DNA from: Thermoplasmata archaeon
GTDB taxonomy: Archaea; Thermoplasmatota; Thermoplasmata; Lutacidiplasmatales; UBA184
Assembly: GCA_052326305.1 (NCBI GenBank)
Contig: JBKQPJ010000015.1
Coordinates: 35,208 to 99,207, forward strand
DNA length: 64,000 bases
Direction: 5' to 3'
In this document: positions 43,035-53,087 of the stretch, in pieces
Layout: every line of letters begins with the position of its first letter
Numbering within the stretch: position 1 is the first letter of the stretch
Translations under genes and position numbers: made by a program
Notes under the pieces: model-generated
The model's input: only the letters and a program-made list of their open reading frames with translations
The model's database searches: none
Told to the model about the DNA's origin: nothing

Positions 43035-43111
43035 CTCCGCCCCAGCCTCGCCTCGGCCATACCGCTGTCCCCGCGCGATAACGTTACCCGCCGGACCGCC
43101 TCCGCGACCCG

Positions 43112-43570
43112 ATGGCAGAAGGGAACGTCGAGCGAACCTTGGTGCTGGTCAAGCCCGACGGGGTCCGGCGCGGGGTCGTCGGCGAGATCCTCTCCCGGCT
43201 CGAACGCAAGGGGCTCAAGCTGCTCGCCGCGAAGACGCTCCGGGTCGCCCCCGAGCTGGCCCAGCGGCACTACGCCGAGCATCAGGGCAAGCCGTTCTAT
43301 CCCGCGCTCATCCAGCACATCACGAGCGGGCCGATCGTGGCGCTCGCCCTCGAGGGCCGCTCGGCGATCGCGGTCGTCCGACTGCTGACCGGCGCGACGA
43401 ACCCCCAGCTCGCGGCCCCGGGTACGATCCGCGGGGACCTGGGCCTCGGGATCACTCCCAATCTCGTCCATGCGTCCGACTCCCCGGAGTCCGCCGCGCG
43501 CGAGCTGGCGCTCTACTTCCGCCCGGAGGAGTTCCTCGCGTACTCCCGGGTCGGCGAGGAGTACTTCTAG
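43112..43570 (+). CDS. ndk: Nucleoside diphosphate kinase
   Basis: ERTLVLVKPDGVRRGVVGEI...NLVHASDS contains the catalytic His motif and spans 152 aa. Confidence 0.9.
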   Translation: MAEGNVERTLVLVKPDGVRRGVVGEILSRLERKGLKLLAAKTLRVAPELAQRHYAEHQGKPFYPALIQHITSGPIVALALEGRSAIAVVRLLTGATNPQLAAPGTIRGDLGLGITPNLVHASDSPESAARELALYFRPEEFLAYSRVGEEYF

Positions 43571-43574
43571 GCCG

Positions 43575-44138
43575 ATGGGCCCCTCGCTCGACCGCGCCGT
43601 GCGGGCGCTCGGCTCGGGGCAGCTCGTTGTCTACCCGACCGACACGCTGCTCGGGCTCGCGGCTCGCGCGGCCGATCCGGAGGCGGTCGCCCGCCTCGTT
43701 CGCGCGAAGGCGCGGCCAGGGGCTCAGCCCCTCTCCGCCGCCGTCAGTTCGGTGGACGAGATCGAGCCGCTCGGCCGCCTGTCCCGGACGGCCCGGCAGT
43801 TCGTCCGCCGTCACCTGCCGGGTCCCTACACGATCCTCCTGCGTCCGACGTCCGCGGCCCGACGCCTCCTCGCTCCGGCGGTCGCCGGAGGACGCACGAT
43901 CGGCCTCCGGGTGCCGGATCACCCGGTCGCGCGCGAGCTGGCGCGCCGGGCCGGCCCGATCGTCGCCACGTCGGCGAACCGGCATGGGGCGCGCCCCGCC
44001 CGGACCGTCGCCGAGGCCGAGCGCGCGTTCGGCCGGGAGGTACGGGTCTACCTCGCGGCGCGCCCGCCGCCGACCGGGCGCCCGTCCGAGCTCGTGGACT
44101 TCACCGGCACGCGCGCCGGGAGGGTGGTTCGCCGATGA
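43575..44138 (+). CDS. tsaC: L-threonylcarbamoyladenylate synthase (TsaC/YrdC/Sua5 domain)
   Basis: GQLVVYPTDTLLGLAA...IVATSAN matches. I place the start at the internal ATG at 43575 of ORF 43470..44138. Confidence 0.75.
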   Translation: MGPSLDRAVRALGSGQLVVYPTDTLLGLAARAADPEAVARLVRAKARPGAQPLSAAVSSVDEIEPLGRLSRTARQFVRRHLPGPYTILLRPTSAARRLLAPAVAGGRTIGLRVPDHPVARELARRAGPIVATSANRHGARPARTVAEAERAFGREVRVYLAARPPPTGRPSELVDFTGTRAGRVVRR

Positions 44139-45031
44139 CCTCCCCCGCCCGGTACCCGGAGCACCTCGAGCAGTGGCGCGAGGCGGCGCGGATCGCGGCC
44201 GGGGCCCGGGAGCTCGGGGTCCGGCTCGCCGTGCCCGGGGCGTCCCGGCGAGGGATCGCCGAGGCGGTCGAGGGGTACATCCGGGACGCCGGGGCGGAGC
44301 CGGCGTTCCCGGCGAACCTCTCCCGGAACGAGGAGGCGGCCCACTACACTCCGTACGCCGAGGATCCGTCCACGCTCGTCGAGGGCGACCTCTTGAAGGT
44401 CGACGTCGGGGCCCACATCGACGGAGCCGTCGCCGACACGGCCGACACGGTCGAGGTCGGGGGCCGCGGCCGCCACGCCCACCTGATCCGGGCCGTGCAC
44501 GACGCCGTGGAAGCGGGGATCCGCGCCGTTCGCCCGGGCGGCGCGGTCGACGACGTCAGCCGCGCGATCGCCCAGGCGATCCGGGCCCGCGGCCTGAAGC
44601 CGGTCGTCGACCTCACCGGTCACACGATCGAGCGGTACGTGCTCCACGCGGGGAAGTCGATCCCGAACGTCCCGGGGGCGACCGACGCCGTCTTCGTCGA
44701 GGGCGAGGTCGTGGCGATCGAGCCGTTCGCGACGAACGGCCTCGGTAGGATCGACAACGGTCCGTTCGGCCACATCCTGCGGTTCCGCCGTCCGCCCGGG
44801 CCGGACGACGCGGTCCTGGCCGAACTGTTCGGGCGGTTCCGAACGCTGCCGTTCACGGCCCGCTGGGCCCGGTCCCCCGAGGAGCGCGCGGCGCTCGAGC
44901 GCGCCCGGCGGACGCTCCAGTCGTACCCGATGTTCATCGAGCGCGGCGGCGGGCTCGTCGCCCAGGCGGAGCATACCGTGCTCGTCGGGCCGGAGCGCGC
45001 CGAGGTCCTGTCGGTCGCTCCCGCCGCCTGA
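44135..45031 (+). CDS. map: Methionine aminopeptidase, type 2 (archaeal, M24 family)
   Basis: The metal ligands VDVGAHIDGAVADTA...HTIERYVLHAGKSIP...EPFAT follow the M24A archaeal layout. The start overlaps the tsaC stop as ATGA. Confidence 0.85.
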   Translation: MTSPARYPEHLEQWREAARIAAGARELGVRLAVPGASRRGIAEAVEGYIRDAGAEPAFPANLSRNEEAAHYTPYAEDPSTLVEGDLLKVDVGAHIDGAVADTADTVEVGGRGRHAHLIRAVHDAVEAGIRAVRPGGAVDDVSRAIAQAIRARGLKPVVDLTGHTIERYVLHAGKSIPNVPGATDAVFVEGEVVAIEPFATNGLGRIDNGPFGHILRFRRPPGPDDAVLAELFGRFRTLPFTARWARSPEERAALERARRTLQSYPMFIERGGGLVAQAEHTVLVGPERAEVLSVAPAA

Positions 45032-45094
45032 TCGGGCCTTCCCCGCCGGCGGGGTCCGTCAATTGTCGAACGGTCGGCTCGTCTTCGGCAAAAT

Positions 45095-45103
45095 GTAAAT
45101 ACC
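45095..45103 (+). promoter_or_regulatory. TATA box (GTAAATACC) for the malic enzyme gene
   Basis: It sits about 29 bp upstream of the ATG at 45128. Confidence 0.45.
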
Positions 45104-45127
45104 TTGGTCCCCGGTCCACGGCTGGCC

Positions 45128-46567
45128 ATGTCCGAGAGCACGGCGGCGCCCGTGGCGCCCCCGCGCACCGGCCGCCGGAAGCCCCGCGTGGCGGCCCCGT
45201 CGCTCGCCCGTCGGAGCGAGGACGCGACGGACCAGCTGGGCCGTCGGGCCGTCGAACTGTCTCGGTTCTACGGCGGGAAGATCGAGACGGTCCCGAAGGT
45301 GCCGGTCCGATCGTTGCACGACTTCGCCCTCTGGTACTCCCCCGGCGTCGCGGAGGTCTCCCGGGCGATCCACCGCGAGGCGGAGCTGTCGTTCGAGCTG
45401 ACCGGGCGGTGGAACACGGTCGCCATCGTCACGGACGGCTCGCGCGTCCTCGGGCTCGGCGACATCGGCCCTACGGCCGCGCTCCCGGTCATGGAGGGGA
45501 AGGCCCTCCTCTTCAAGTTCCTGGGCGGGGTCGATGCCGTGCCGATCCCGATCCGGGTCGCTTCTCCGGACCAGTTCATGTCGACCGTCGAGGCGATCGC
45601 CCCCGCGTTCGGCGGCATCAACCTCGAGGACATCGCCTCCCCGAAGTGCTTCGGCATCCTCGAGGAGCTGTCGAAGCGCCTCGAGATCCCGGTCTGGCAC
45701 GACGATCAGCTCGGGACCGCCGCCGCGACGGTGGCGGGCCTGATCAACGCCCTCACCCTCACGGGGCGCTCGGTCCGCGAGATCCGTACCGTCCTCCTCG
45801 GGGCCGGCGCCGCGAACGTCGCGACGGCCCGGCTGCTGCTCGCCCTCGGCCAGGACCCCCGCCGGCTCTCGCTCGTCGACCGCGAGGGGATCCTGCACGC
45901 GGAACGCGACGACGTCGACGAGCTGATGGTCCGCAACCCGTGGAAGTACCGCCTCGCCCTCCGGACCAACGGGGGCGGCCGGACCGGGGACCTGTCGGCC
46001 GCGCTCGCGGAGGCGGACGTCCTCGTCGCGGCCTCCACGCCGACCCCGGGGTCGGTCCGGCCCGAGCAGATCCGGGCGATGGCGCACGACCCGATCGTCT
46101 TCGCCCTCGCGAACCCGGATCCCGAGATCTGGCCGGACGAGGCCCGCGCCGCGGGGGCGGCGATCGTCGCGACCGGTCGCAGTGACTTCCCGAACCAGGT
46201 GAACAACTCGCTGGTCTTCCCCGCGGTGTTCCGCGGGGTCCTCGACGCGCGCGCCAAGTCGATCCCGGACGAGATCGTGCTCTCCGCGGCCCGGGAGCTC
46301 GCCCGGGGGGCGGAGCGGCGGGGGCTGAGCTCCCATCACCTCCTCCCGACGATGGAGGAACCCGAGGTCTTTCCCGAGATCGCGGCGGCGGTCGGGGACG
46401 CGTCGGTCCGCCTCGGGATCGCCCGGCATCGCCTCTCGCACGACGAGTTCCTCGCGCGCGCCCGGAACCTGATGGGTCGGTCGGCGCGCCTGGTGCGGGC
46501 CCTCAGCCGGGCCGGGCTGACCTCTCCCATGCCCCGCGCGCCGGGCCCGCGAAGGAGGGCGGCATGA
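45128..46567 (+). CDS. NAD(P)-dependent malic enzyme
   Basis: YSPGVAEVSRAI...VTDGSRVLGLGDIG...GAGAANVATARLL...NPDPEI matches the malic enzyme family. I place the start at MSESTAAP, the internal ATG at 45128. Confidence 0.85.
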   Translation: MSESTAAPVAPPRTGRRKPRVAAPSLARRSEDATDQLGRRAVELSRFYGGKIETVPKVPVRSLHDFALWYSPGVAEVSRAIHREAELSFELTGRWNTVAIVTDGSRVLGLGDIGPTAALPVMEGKALLFKFLGGVDAVPIPIRVASPDQFMSTVEAIAPAFGGINLEDIASPKCFGILEELSKRLEIPVWHDDQLGTAAATVAGLINALTLTGRSVREIRTVLLGAGAANVATARLLLALGQDPRRLSLVDREGILHAERDDVDELMVRNPWKYRLALRTNGGGRTGDLSAALAEADVLVAASTPTPGSVRPEQIRAMAHDPIVFALANPDPEIWPDEARAAGAAIVATGRSDFPNQVNNSLVFPAVFRGVLDARAKSIPDEIVLSAARELARGAERRGLSSHHLLPTMEEPEVFPEIAAAVGDASVRLGIARHRLSHDEFLARARNLMGRSARLVRALSRAGLTSPMPRAPGPRRRAA

Positions 46568-47100
46568 CGGCGGACGAGGCCGCCCACCCCCCCGATCCGA
46601 CCGCCGCGAAGGCCCCGGCCGCCCCGATCCATCTCCGGCCCGCGCGGGAGGCCGATATCCCTGCGATCGTGCCCCTCCTGCTGCGGTTGAAGCGGCTCAA
46701 CGAAGAGTTCGACCCGCTCCTAAAGGTCCGCGAGGACGCCGAGGCCCAGGCCCGGCAGGTGCTCCACCAGCAGATCGGCGACCCGAAGGCGGTCCTCCTC
46801 GCGGCCGAGGGGATCGGCCCGGACATCGGCAAGGTCGTCGGGTTCGTGCGGGCGGTCGTCCGCGAGCGCCCGTTCTACGCCCCCGAGTTCGAAGGGGTGA
46901 TCCTCGACATCTATCTCCTGCCGCTCTACCGCCGCCGGAGCGTCGGCGAGTTCCTTCTCCGCGAGGTCTCCGCCGCCCTGAAAGCGAAAGGGGCCGGGAT
47001 CGTCACCGCCGAGTTCCCGGCGCAGAACGAGATCGCCCTCCGGTTCTACGCGAAGCGCGGGTTCCGCCCGGTCACGGCGATCCACGCCCGCACGCTCTAG
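46564..47100 (+). CDS. GNAT-family N-acetyltransferase
   Basis: IHLRPAREADIPAIVPL...LYRRRSVGEFLLREV...RFYAKRGF matches GNAT motifs A and B. Confidence 0.7.
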   Translation: MTADEAAHPPDPTAAKAPAAPIHLRPAREADIPAIVPLLLRLKRLNEEFDPLLKVREDAEAQARQVLHQQIGDPKAVLLAAEGIGPDIGKVVGFVRAVVRERPFYAPEFEGVILDIYLLPLYRRRSVGEFLLREVSAALKAKGAGIVTAEFPAQNEIALRFYAKRGFRPVTAIHARTL

Positions 47101-47121
47101 CGACCCCTTCGTCGATCGGGG

Positions 47122-47607
47122 TCACCGATCGGGCCCGGGGGGTCCGGTGACGATCGTCGGTTCGCACCGCACCGGGAAGTTGACCGAGTTGGCGATGAAG
47201 CACTTGCGATGCGCGGAATCGTGGAGCGACCGGGCCGTCGCCGGGTCGCCCTGCGAGATCCGCACCCGGGGACGGAGCACGACCTCGGTGAATCGCCCGC
47301 CGCCGTCGTCCCCCTCGACCATCGTCCCGGAGGCCGGGTCGACGTACTCGACGACCACCACGCCCCCCACGGAGCACAGGTGCAGGTACCACAACATGTG
47401 ACACGCCGAGAGCGCGGCCACGAGCAGTTCCTCGGGATCGTACCGGGAAGGATCGCCGCGGAACGCCGGGGCCGAGGAGCCCGGGATCGCGGGCTTGTCG
47501 GGGGACCGAACCGTGTGGGAGCGACTGTACGCCCGGTAGTCGCTCGTCCCGGTCCCCCGGTCGCCGGTCCAACGGACCTCCGCGCGGAACGAGTGGACCC
47601 GGGCCAC
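47122..47607 (-). CDS. OsmC/Ohr-family peroxiredoxin-like protein
   Basis: ELLVAALSACHMLWYLHLC...AHRKCFIANSV carries the two conserved Cys. I take the GTG at 47607 as start, giving a protein of about 161 aa. The upstream 90 aa of the track ORF are low complexity and I do not include them. Confidence 0.65.
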   Translation of the reverse strand: MARVHSFRAEVRWTGDRGTGTSDYRAYSRSHTVRSPDKPAIPGSSAPAFRGDPSRYDPEELLVAALSACHMLWYLHLCSVGGVVVVEYVDPASGTMVEGDDGGGRFTEVVLRPRVRISQGDPATARSLHDSAHRKCFIANSVNFPVRCEPTIVTGPPGPDR

Positions 47608-47728
47608 GAGGGGTGGACCTCCCGGCCCCCTACGACCGGGCGCGGAGAAGAGATCTACGGCGGTGCGCGCGGACCGCCGTCGGGGTCGGACCGACTCCCT
47701 CTTGCGCCGAGGAGGATAGGAGGCCGGC

Positions 47729-48415
47729 ATGCGGGTCATCCTGTTCGGCGCCTCTGGGATGGTCGGGCAGGGGGTCCTGAGGGAATGCCTGCTCGATCCG
47801 GCGGTCGAGACCGTCCTCTGCGTCGGACGCCGTCCGCTCGGGCAGTCGTCGGAAAAGCTACGGGAGCTCGTCCGGTCCGACCTCACCGACCTTTCCGAGG
47901 TGGAGGATCGGCTGCGGGGCTACGATGCGTGCTTCTTCTGCCTCGGGGCCTCTTCCGTCGGAATGGCCGAGGCCCAGTACCGCCGCGTCACCTACGGCCT
48001 CACGATTTCGGTCGCGCGGACGCTCGCGCGCCTCGATCCCGGGATGACGTTCGTTTACGTCTCCGGGGCCGGCACCGACCGCACCGAGCGCGGGCGGAGC
48101 ATGTGGGCGCGCGTCAAGGGGCAGACCGAGAACGCCCTCCTGCAGATGCCGTTCCGGGCCGCGTACATGTTCCGCCCGGGGATCATCCGGCCGCTCCACG
48201 GCATCCGGTCGAAGACGGCCGGCTACCGGGTCGCCTACCTCGTGCTGGGCCCGTTCCTCTGGGTCGTCCGGCAGGTCGCGCCGGGCTCGATGACCACGAC
48301 CGAGTCGGTCGGTCGCGCCATGATCCGGGTCGCGCAGCACGGCGCGCCGAAACCGCTCCTCGGCACATCGGAGATCAACCAGCTCGGGTCGACGGCGCCC
48401 GGTCCCGCCCCGTAG
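47729..48415 (+). CDS. NAD(P)H-binding (NmrA/atypical SDR-like) protein
   Basis: MRVILFGASGMVGQGVLRECL is the Rossmann fold of the NAD(P)-binding domain family. Confidence 0.7.
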   Translation: MRVILFGASGMVGQGVLRECLLDPAVETVLCVGRRPLGQSSEKLRELVRSDLTDLSEVEDRLRGYDACFFCLGASSVGMAEAQYRRVTYGLTISVARTLARLDPGMTFVYVSGAGTDRTERGRSMWARVKGQTENALLQMPFRAAYMFRPGIIRPLHGIRSKTAGYRVAYLVLGPFLWVVRQVAPGSMTTTESVGRAMIRVAQHGAPKPLLGTSEINQLGSTAPGPAP

Positions 48416-48465
48416 GGGCGGCGTTCTCCCGCGAACGTTAAGCGGGTCGGCACTCGTCGGTCGTC

Positions 48466-49425
48466 ATGCCGAAGCCGACCGCGGCGTCCGCTCCCGCCGC
48501 CCCCGTGTTCCTGCGACGGGGGAAGGTGAAGGAGGTCTACGAGCTGTCGCCGACCGAGCTCGAGTTCCGCTTCACGAACGACATCTCCGTCTTCGACAAG
48601 CACATCCCGAGCGAGATCCCGTTCAAGGGCGAGACGCTCGCCCGGACCGCGGCCCACTGGTTCAAGATGTGCTCCCGGCACGGGATCCCCCACCACTTCC
48701 TCGGTCTCTCGGGGCCGACCTCGATGCGGGTCCGGCGGGTACGGATCGTTCCCCGCCCCCGCACCCTCGGTCCGCATCCGACCGACTACCTGGTGCCGCT
48801 CGAGGTGATCGTCCGGTACTACCTCGCGGGGTCGCTCTGGGACCGCGTGCGCTCCGGCCAGGTGTCGGCCCGGGACCTCGGGTTCCCGACCGACCGCTCG
48901 CTCGCGTACGGCCTGCCGCTCCCCGCGCCGCGCTTCGAGGTGACGACCAAGCTCGAGCCGGTCGATCGACTGCTCACGATCCCCGACGCGCTCGAGCTCG
49001 CGGCCCTCGACCGGCCCCAGCTCGAGTCGATCCACGAGACGATCCTGAAGATCGACGCGGCGATGGAGGCGGAGATCGAGCCGCGGGGGTTGCTGCACGT
49101 CGACGGGAAGAAGGAGTTCGCCGTCGACGCGGAAGGCCAGTTGATGGTCGTCGACACCTTCGGCACGGCCGACGAGGACCGGTTCTGGGACAAGGACGAT
49201 TTCGCGCGGGGCCGCCAGGTCGACTTCTCGAAGGAGTTCGTCCGCCAGCACTACCGCCAGACCGGCTATTACGGCGAGCTCCAGCGCGCCCGCGAGGCCC
49301 ACGCCTCCGAACCCCCGATCCCGGCCCTTCCTCCCCTCCTGGTCGACGAGGTGAGCCGCCTCTACACGACGGTCTTCCAGCGGTTGACGGGCGAGCCGTT
49401 CGTCACGCAGGGCGCCCTGACGTAG
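48466..49425 (+). CDS. purC: Phosphoribosylaminoimidazole-succinocarboxamide synthase (SAICAR synthetase)
   Basis: GKVKEVYE...FTNDISVFD...LLHVDGKKEFA is the PurC signature. Confidence 0.85.
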   Translation: MPKPTAASAPAAPVFLRRGKVKEVYELSPTELEFRFTNDISVFDKHIPSEIPFKGETLARTAAHWFKMCSRHGIPHHFLGLSGPTSMRVRRVRIVPRPRTLGPHPTDYLVPLEVIVRYYLAGSLWDRVRSGQVSARDLGFPTDRSLAYGLPLPAPRFEVTTKLEPVDRLLTIPDALELAALDRPQLESIHETILKIDAAMEAEIEPRGLLHVDGKKEFAVDAEGQLMVVDTFGTADEDRFWDKDDFARGRQVDFSKEFVRQHYRQTGYYGELQRAREAHASEPPIPALPPLLVDEVSRLYTTVFQRLTGEPFVTQGALT

Positions 49426-49497
49426 CCGGGCCCATCGCCCACCGTTTCGCGACCTCTCCCCGCACCCTTATCTCCCGCGGGCCCGGTCCGTCCGGTC

Positions 49498-50496
49498 GTG
49501 CCCGCCAAATCGCCCTCACGCAACGCCGGTTCCGGATCCTCCGACGCCGAGCCCCGAGAGGAGGTCGCGCTCGAGGACCTCTCGGGTGTCGGCGAAACGA
49601 CCGCCACGAAGCTCCGCGAGGCCGGGTACACCGACCTGATGGAGCTCGCCGTCGCCTCCCCCGGCGACATCGCCGAGGCCGCGGAGATCGGGGTCGTCAT
49701 CGCGCAGAAGATTATCGGCGAGGCCCGCCGCCGGGCGGACGTCGGCGGCTTCGAGAGCGGCACGACGCTGCTCGAGCGGCGCAAGAAGCTCGGGCGGGTC
49801 ACGACGAACTCGAAGGCGCTCGACGAGCTGCTGGGCGGGGGCGTCGAGACCCAGGCGATCTCCGAGTTCTCCGGGGAGTTCGGGACCGGGAAGACCCAGC
49901 TGGGGCACCAGATCGCGGTGGATGTGCAGCTCCCGGCCGCGCAGGGAGGGCTCTCGGGGGAGGTCGTCTACATCGACACCGAGAGCACGTTCCGCCCCGA
50001 GCGCATCGTCGACATGGCGAAGGGCGCCGGCATCGACCCCGAGGCGGCGCTCGGCCACATCCACGTCGCGCGCGCGTTCAACTCGAACCACCAGATGCTC
50101 CTCGTCCAGAAGGCCCAGGAGCTCGCCCGCGAGAAGCCGATCCGACTTCTCGTCGTCGATTCCCTGACGGCCCATTTCCGCGCGGAGTACCTGGGCCGGG
50201 GCGAGCTGGCGCCGCGGCAGCAGATGCTCAACAAGCACCTCCACGAGCTCTTGCGCTTCTCGGACATGTACAACGCCGCGATCGTCGTGACGAACCAGGT
50301 CTCGTCGCGGCCGGACGTGCTCTTTGGGGACCCGACCCGCCCCATCGGCGGGAACATCGTCGCCCACGCGGCGACGTACCGGGTCTACCTGCGGAAGTCG
50401 AAGCCCCCGCGACGGATCGCCCGCCTGATCGATTCGCCGAACCTCCCCGAGGGGGAGGCGGTCTTCTCCCTCACGACCGAGGGGATCCGCGACTAG
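49498..50496 (+). CDS. radA: DNA repair and recombination protein RadA (archaeal Rad51/RecA homolog)
   Basis: The N-terminal HhH ([20 protein letters not shown]), Walker A ([13 protein letters not shown]) and Walker B ([15 protein letters not shown]) are present. GTG start. Confidence 0.9.
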   Translation: MPAKSPSRNAGSGSSDAEPREEVALEDLSGVGETTATKLREAGYTDLMELAVASPGDIAEAAEIGVVIAQKIIGEARRRADVGGFESGTTLLERRKKLGRVTTNSKALDELLGGGVETQAISEFSGEFGTGKTQLGHQIAVDVQLPAAQGGLSGEVVYIDTESTFRPERIVDMAKGAGIDPEAALGHIHVARAFNSNHQMLLVQKAQELAREKPIRLLVVDSLTAHFRAEYLGRGELAPRQQMLNKHLHELLRFSDMYNAAIVVTNQVSSRPDVLFGDPTRPIGGNIVAHAATYRVYLRKSKPPRRIARLIDSPNLPEGEAVFSLTTEGIRD

Positions 50497-51157
50497 CCCG
50501 CCCCGGGGACCGCCCGATGCGGCGGAGCGCGGTCGCCTTCACGTAGAGGAAGACCCGGCGCCCGGGGGCGAGGCCGAGCGTCCGGACCGGCTCGGCGGTG
50601 ACGGCGACCGTGAGTCGGATCGGACCGGCCCGGGCCACGACGAGCCGGCCGAACGGGACGGCCCCGGGTCGCACGGACTCTACCGTCGCCGCCACGACGT
50701 TGCGCGCGCTCGAGGGGAACCGCTCCCGGGCGACCACGATCGCCTCGGGCTCGAGGAGCAGGCGGAGGCGCTCCCCGTCGACGCCGGCGAACGCGACCCG
50801 GAGGGCGAGCGAGCCGTAGAGCTCGACCCGGGGGGGCGGCCCGGCGCGGTACGTCCCGGCCAGCAGGTTGACCGGCGCCGCCACGCGGCGGCGCGCGAGC
50901 AGCTCGAGGATGTCGAACCCCCCGTGGGCGATCCGGTCCCCGAGCGGGGTCAGGAGCGTCCCCCCGTGGCCCGTGCCGCCCCGCTCCGCCGCGACGACCG
51001 GGCCGCCGAACGCCCGCGCGAGGCGTCGAAGGTGGTAGTTCGCCCGGTCGCGCGAGATCCCGAGATCCCGGGCGGCGGCGACGACGGTCGTCGTCCGGCC
51101 GATCCGTTCGAGGAGCGCCACGTCGAGCGAGCTGATGACGTGCGGTCGGTCGGTCAC
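50471..51157 (-). CDS. ModE-like molybdate/tungstate-responsive transcriptional regulator (wHTH + TOBE domains)
   Basis: [35 protein letters not shown]...[17 protein letters not shown] matches the ModE N-terminal domain. The GTG start at 51157 overlaps the ABC ATPase stop as GTGA. Upstream parts of the track ORF 50471..52306 are antisense to the ATPase and I reject them. Confidence 0.6.
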   Translation of the reverse strand: MTDRPHVISSLDVALLERIGRTTTVVAAARDLGISRDRANYHLRRLARAFGGPVVAAERGGTGHGGTLLTPLGDRIAHGGFDILELLARRRVAAPVNLLAGTYRAGPPPRVELYGSLALRVAFAGVDGERLRLLLEPEAIVVARERFPSSARNVVAATVESVRPGAVPFGRLVVARAGPIRLTVAVTAEPVRTLGLAPGRRVFLYVKATALRRIGRSPGRASRGSPRS

Positions 51158-52194
51158 GGCTCTCCCGGGGGGGTACGCCCGGACGCGCCGAGGGCGCATA
51201 GCTCGCCGGGGTCGAGGTCGAAGCCGATCGACGCCCCCGAGACCGGCGGTCGCACGTTCGGCGTGCGGGGGCAGCGCAGCGTGAGGGGGAGCCCGTCCGC
51301 GAGGACCTCGACGACGACTCCGTGGGGGGTCGGCCGCGCGCTCCGGACCACGCCGGTCCAGCGCCGGGGGCTCCGGTCGGCGGCCGCTCCCGGGGCGGCG
51401 AACGCCACTCCCTCCGGTCCGGCGTGACCGAGCAGCCAGGACGCGAGCCCCGACGCGGGGGCCGCCTCGAGCTGGGGCCGGTCGAAGACGTTCTCGAAGC
51501 CGACGAACCGCGCGGCGAACGCGTTCGGCGGGGCGTCGAGCAAGGTCGTGGCGTCGCTCGCGAACTCCACCCGACCCTGGCGGAGCAGGAGGAACCGGTC
51601 GGCGAGGGAGAACGCGAGGGACGGGTCGTGCGTCACCACCACCACGGGCACCCGTTCGGTCTCCCGTAGATCGTGCAGCACCCGCCCGAGGTCGTGGCGG
51701 GCCTCGACGTCGAGGGCCTGCCACGGTTCGTCCCAGAGGATCAGCTCCGGATCGGCCGCGAGGGTCCGGGCGAGCGCCACGCGCTGCGCTTCCCCGCCGC
51801 TCAGTTGGCCGGGGTGGCGGTCCGCGAGCCCTACGAGCGAGAAGCGCTCGAGCAGTTCCCGGGTCCGGGTCCGCGCGTCGGTCCGTTCCCGCAGCTCGAG
51901 GGGGTAGCGGACGTTCCGCTCGACCGTCCGGTGGGGGAAGAGGCCGAGCCCCTGGGGCACGTACCCGAGCCCCCGGCGCTCCGGGAACCAATCGGTGACC
52001 TCGGTGCCGTCGCGCAGGATCCGGCCCCGGTCGGCCGCCAGGAACCCGGCGAGCGTGCGCAAAAGGGTCGTCTTGCCGGCCCCGGAGCGTCCGAGCACCG
52101 CGACCGCGCCCCCGGGGGCGAGGGTGAGGTCGACCGGACCGAGGTGGAACCCTCCGAGGTCGCTTTCGAGCGACTCGATGACCCAGGAGCTCAT
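51154..52194 (-). CDS. ABC transporter ATP-binding protein, molybdate/tungstate/sulfate type with C-terminal TOBE
   Basis: Walker A GRSGAGKTT, the LSGGEAQRV signature, Walker B ILWDEP, and a C-terminal TOBE-like region are present. I place the start at the ATG at 52194 (MSSWVIE). Confidence 0.85.
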   Translation of the reverse strand: MSSWVIESLESDLGGFHLGPVDLTLAPGGAVAVLGRSGAGKTTLLRTLAGFLAADRGRILRDGTEVTDWFPERRGLGYVPQGLGLFPHRTVERNVRYPLELRERTDARTRTRELLERFSLVGLADRHPGQLSGGEAQRVALARTLAADPELILWDEPWQALDVEARHDLGRVLHDLRETERVPVVVVTHDPSLAFSLADRFLLLRQGRVEFASDATTLLDAPPNAFAARFVGFENVFDRPQLEAAPASGLASWLLGHAGPEGVAFAAPGAAADRSPRRWTGVVRSARPTPHGVVVEVLADGLPLTLRCPRTPNVRPPVSGASIGFDLDPGELCALGASGRTPPGEP

Positions 52195-53087
52195 CCGCCG
52201 AGCTCCCCCCGGCCCCACGGGAGCCGGCCGTAGCGTTCCGCGAGCCGAACCGCGAGGAAGAGCCCGAAGGCGAGGAGGAGGAACAGCGAGCTGATCGCCG
52301 CGGCACCCGGATAGTCCCCGAGCTGGACGATGTTGTAGACGTAGACGGAGATCGTCGTGGTGACCGGCCCGGAGTAGAGGCCGCTCGGGTAGACGACCCA
52401 CGCGAGGATCAACAGGCCGCCGATCTCGCTGACCGCCCGCGCCCAGGTGAGCAGGAGGCCCGCGACGATGCCGCGGAGCGCGATCGGCAGGGTCACCGTC
52501 ACGAACGCATCGGGGCCCCCCGCCCCCAGCGAGCGGGCGGCCTCGACGACGCGCCCGTCGACCGCGCGGAACGACAGATCGCTCGCGAGGACGGTGTACG
52601 GGGCGCTCACGAACACGAGGACCAGGACGACCCCGAGGACCGTGTCGTAGACCGGTAGGCCGAGGGCCGCCGTGACGTGGTGGAGGGTCGTTCCCGGGGC
52701 GAACAGGAGGAAGAGGCCGAACCCGACCAGGAGGTGGGGCACGACGACCGGGAGCGCGACCACCGATTCGACGATCGCGCGGCCCCGAAAGGCGCGCCGG
52801 GCGAGCAGGTATCCGAGCGGGATCCCGAAGACGGCGGCGACCAGGACCGCGACGCCCGAGGCATAGAAGGTCAGCCAGATCGACGCCCAGACGCCGGGGC
52901 TCCCCGCGGTCGCGAGGAATCGGGGGAGGGTCGCCTCGCGGAAGAGCGCGTAGATGGGAAGCAGGAACAGCAGCAGGAGCGACGCCGAGAGGATCGCCTG
53001 AACGAAGGTCCACGGCGATAGCCGGCGTCCCCGATGCGGACCCGAGGGCTTCGATCCGCCCGTCAAGGGAGGAGCGCGCTCGCCCAC
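52191..53087 (-). CDS. ABC transporter permease (ModB/WtpB/CysTW-type)
   Basis: It has multiple TM helices and an EAA-like loop (VEAARSLGAGGPDAFVTVTLPIA). Its stop overlaps the ATPase start as ATGA. Confidence 0.8.
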   Translation of the reverse strand: MGERAPPLTGGSKPSGPHRGRRLSPWTFVQAILSASLLLLFLLPIYALFREATLPRFLATAGSPGVWASIWLTFYASGVAVLVAAVFGIPLGYLLARRAFRGRAIVESVVALPVVVPHLLVGFGLFLLFAPGTTLHHVTAALGLPVYDTVLGVVLVLVFVSAPYTVLASDLSFRAVDGRVVEAARSLGAGGPDAFVTVTLPIALRGIVAGLLLTWARAVSEIGGLLILAWVVYPSGLYSGPVTTTISVYVYNIVQLGDYPGAAAISSLFLLLAFGLFLAVRLAERYGRLPWGRGELGG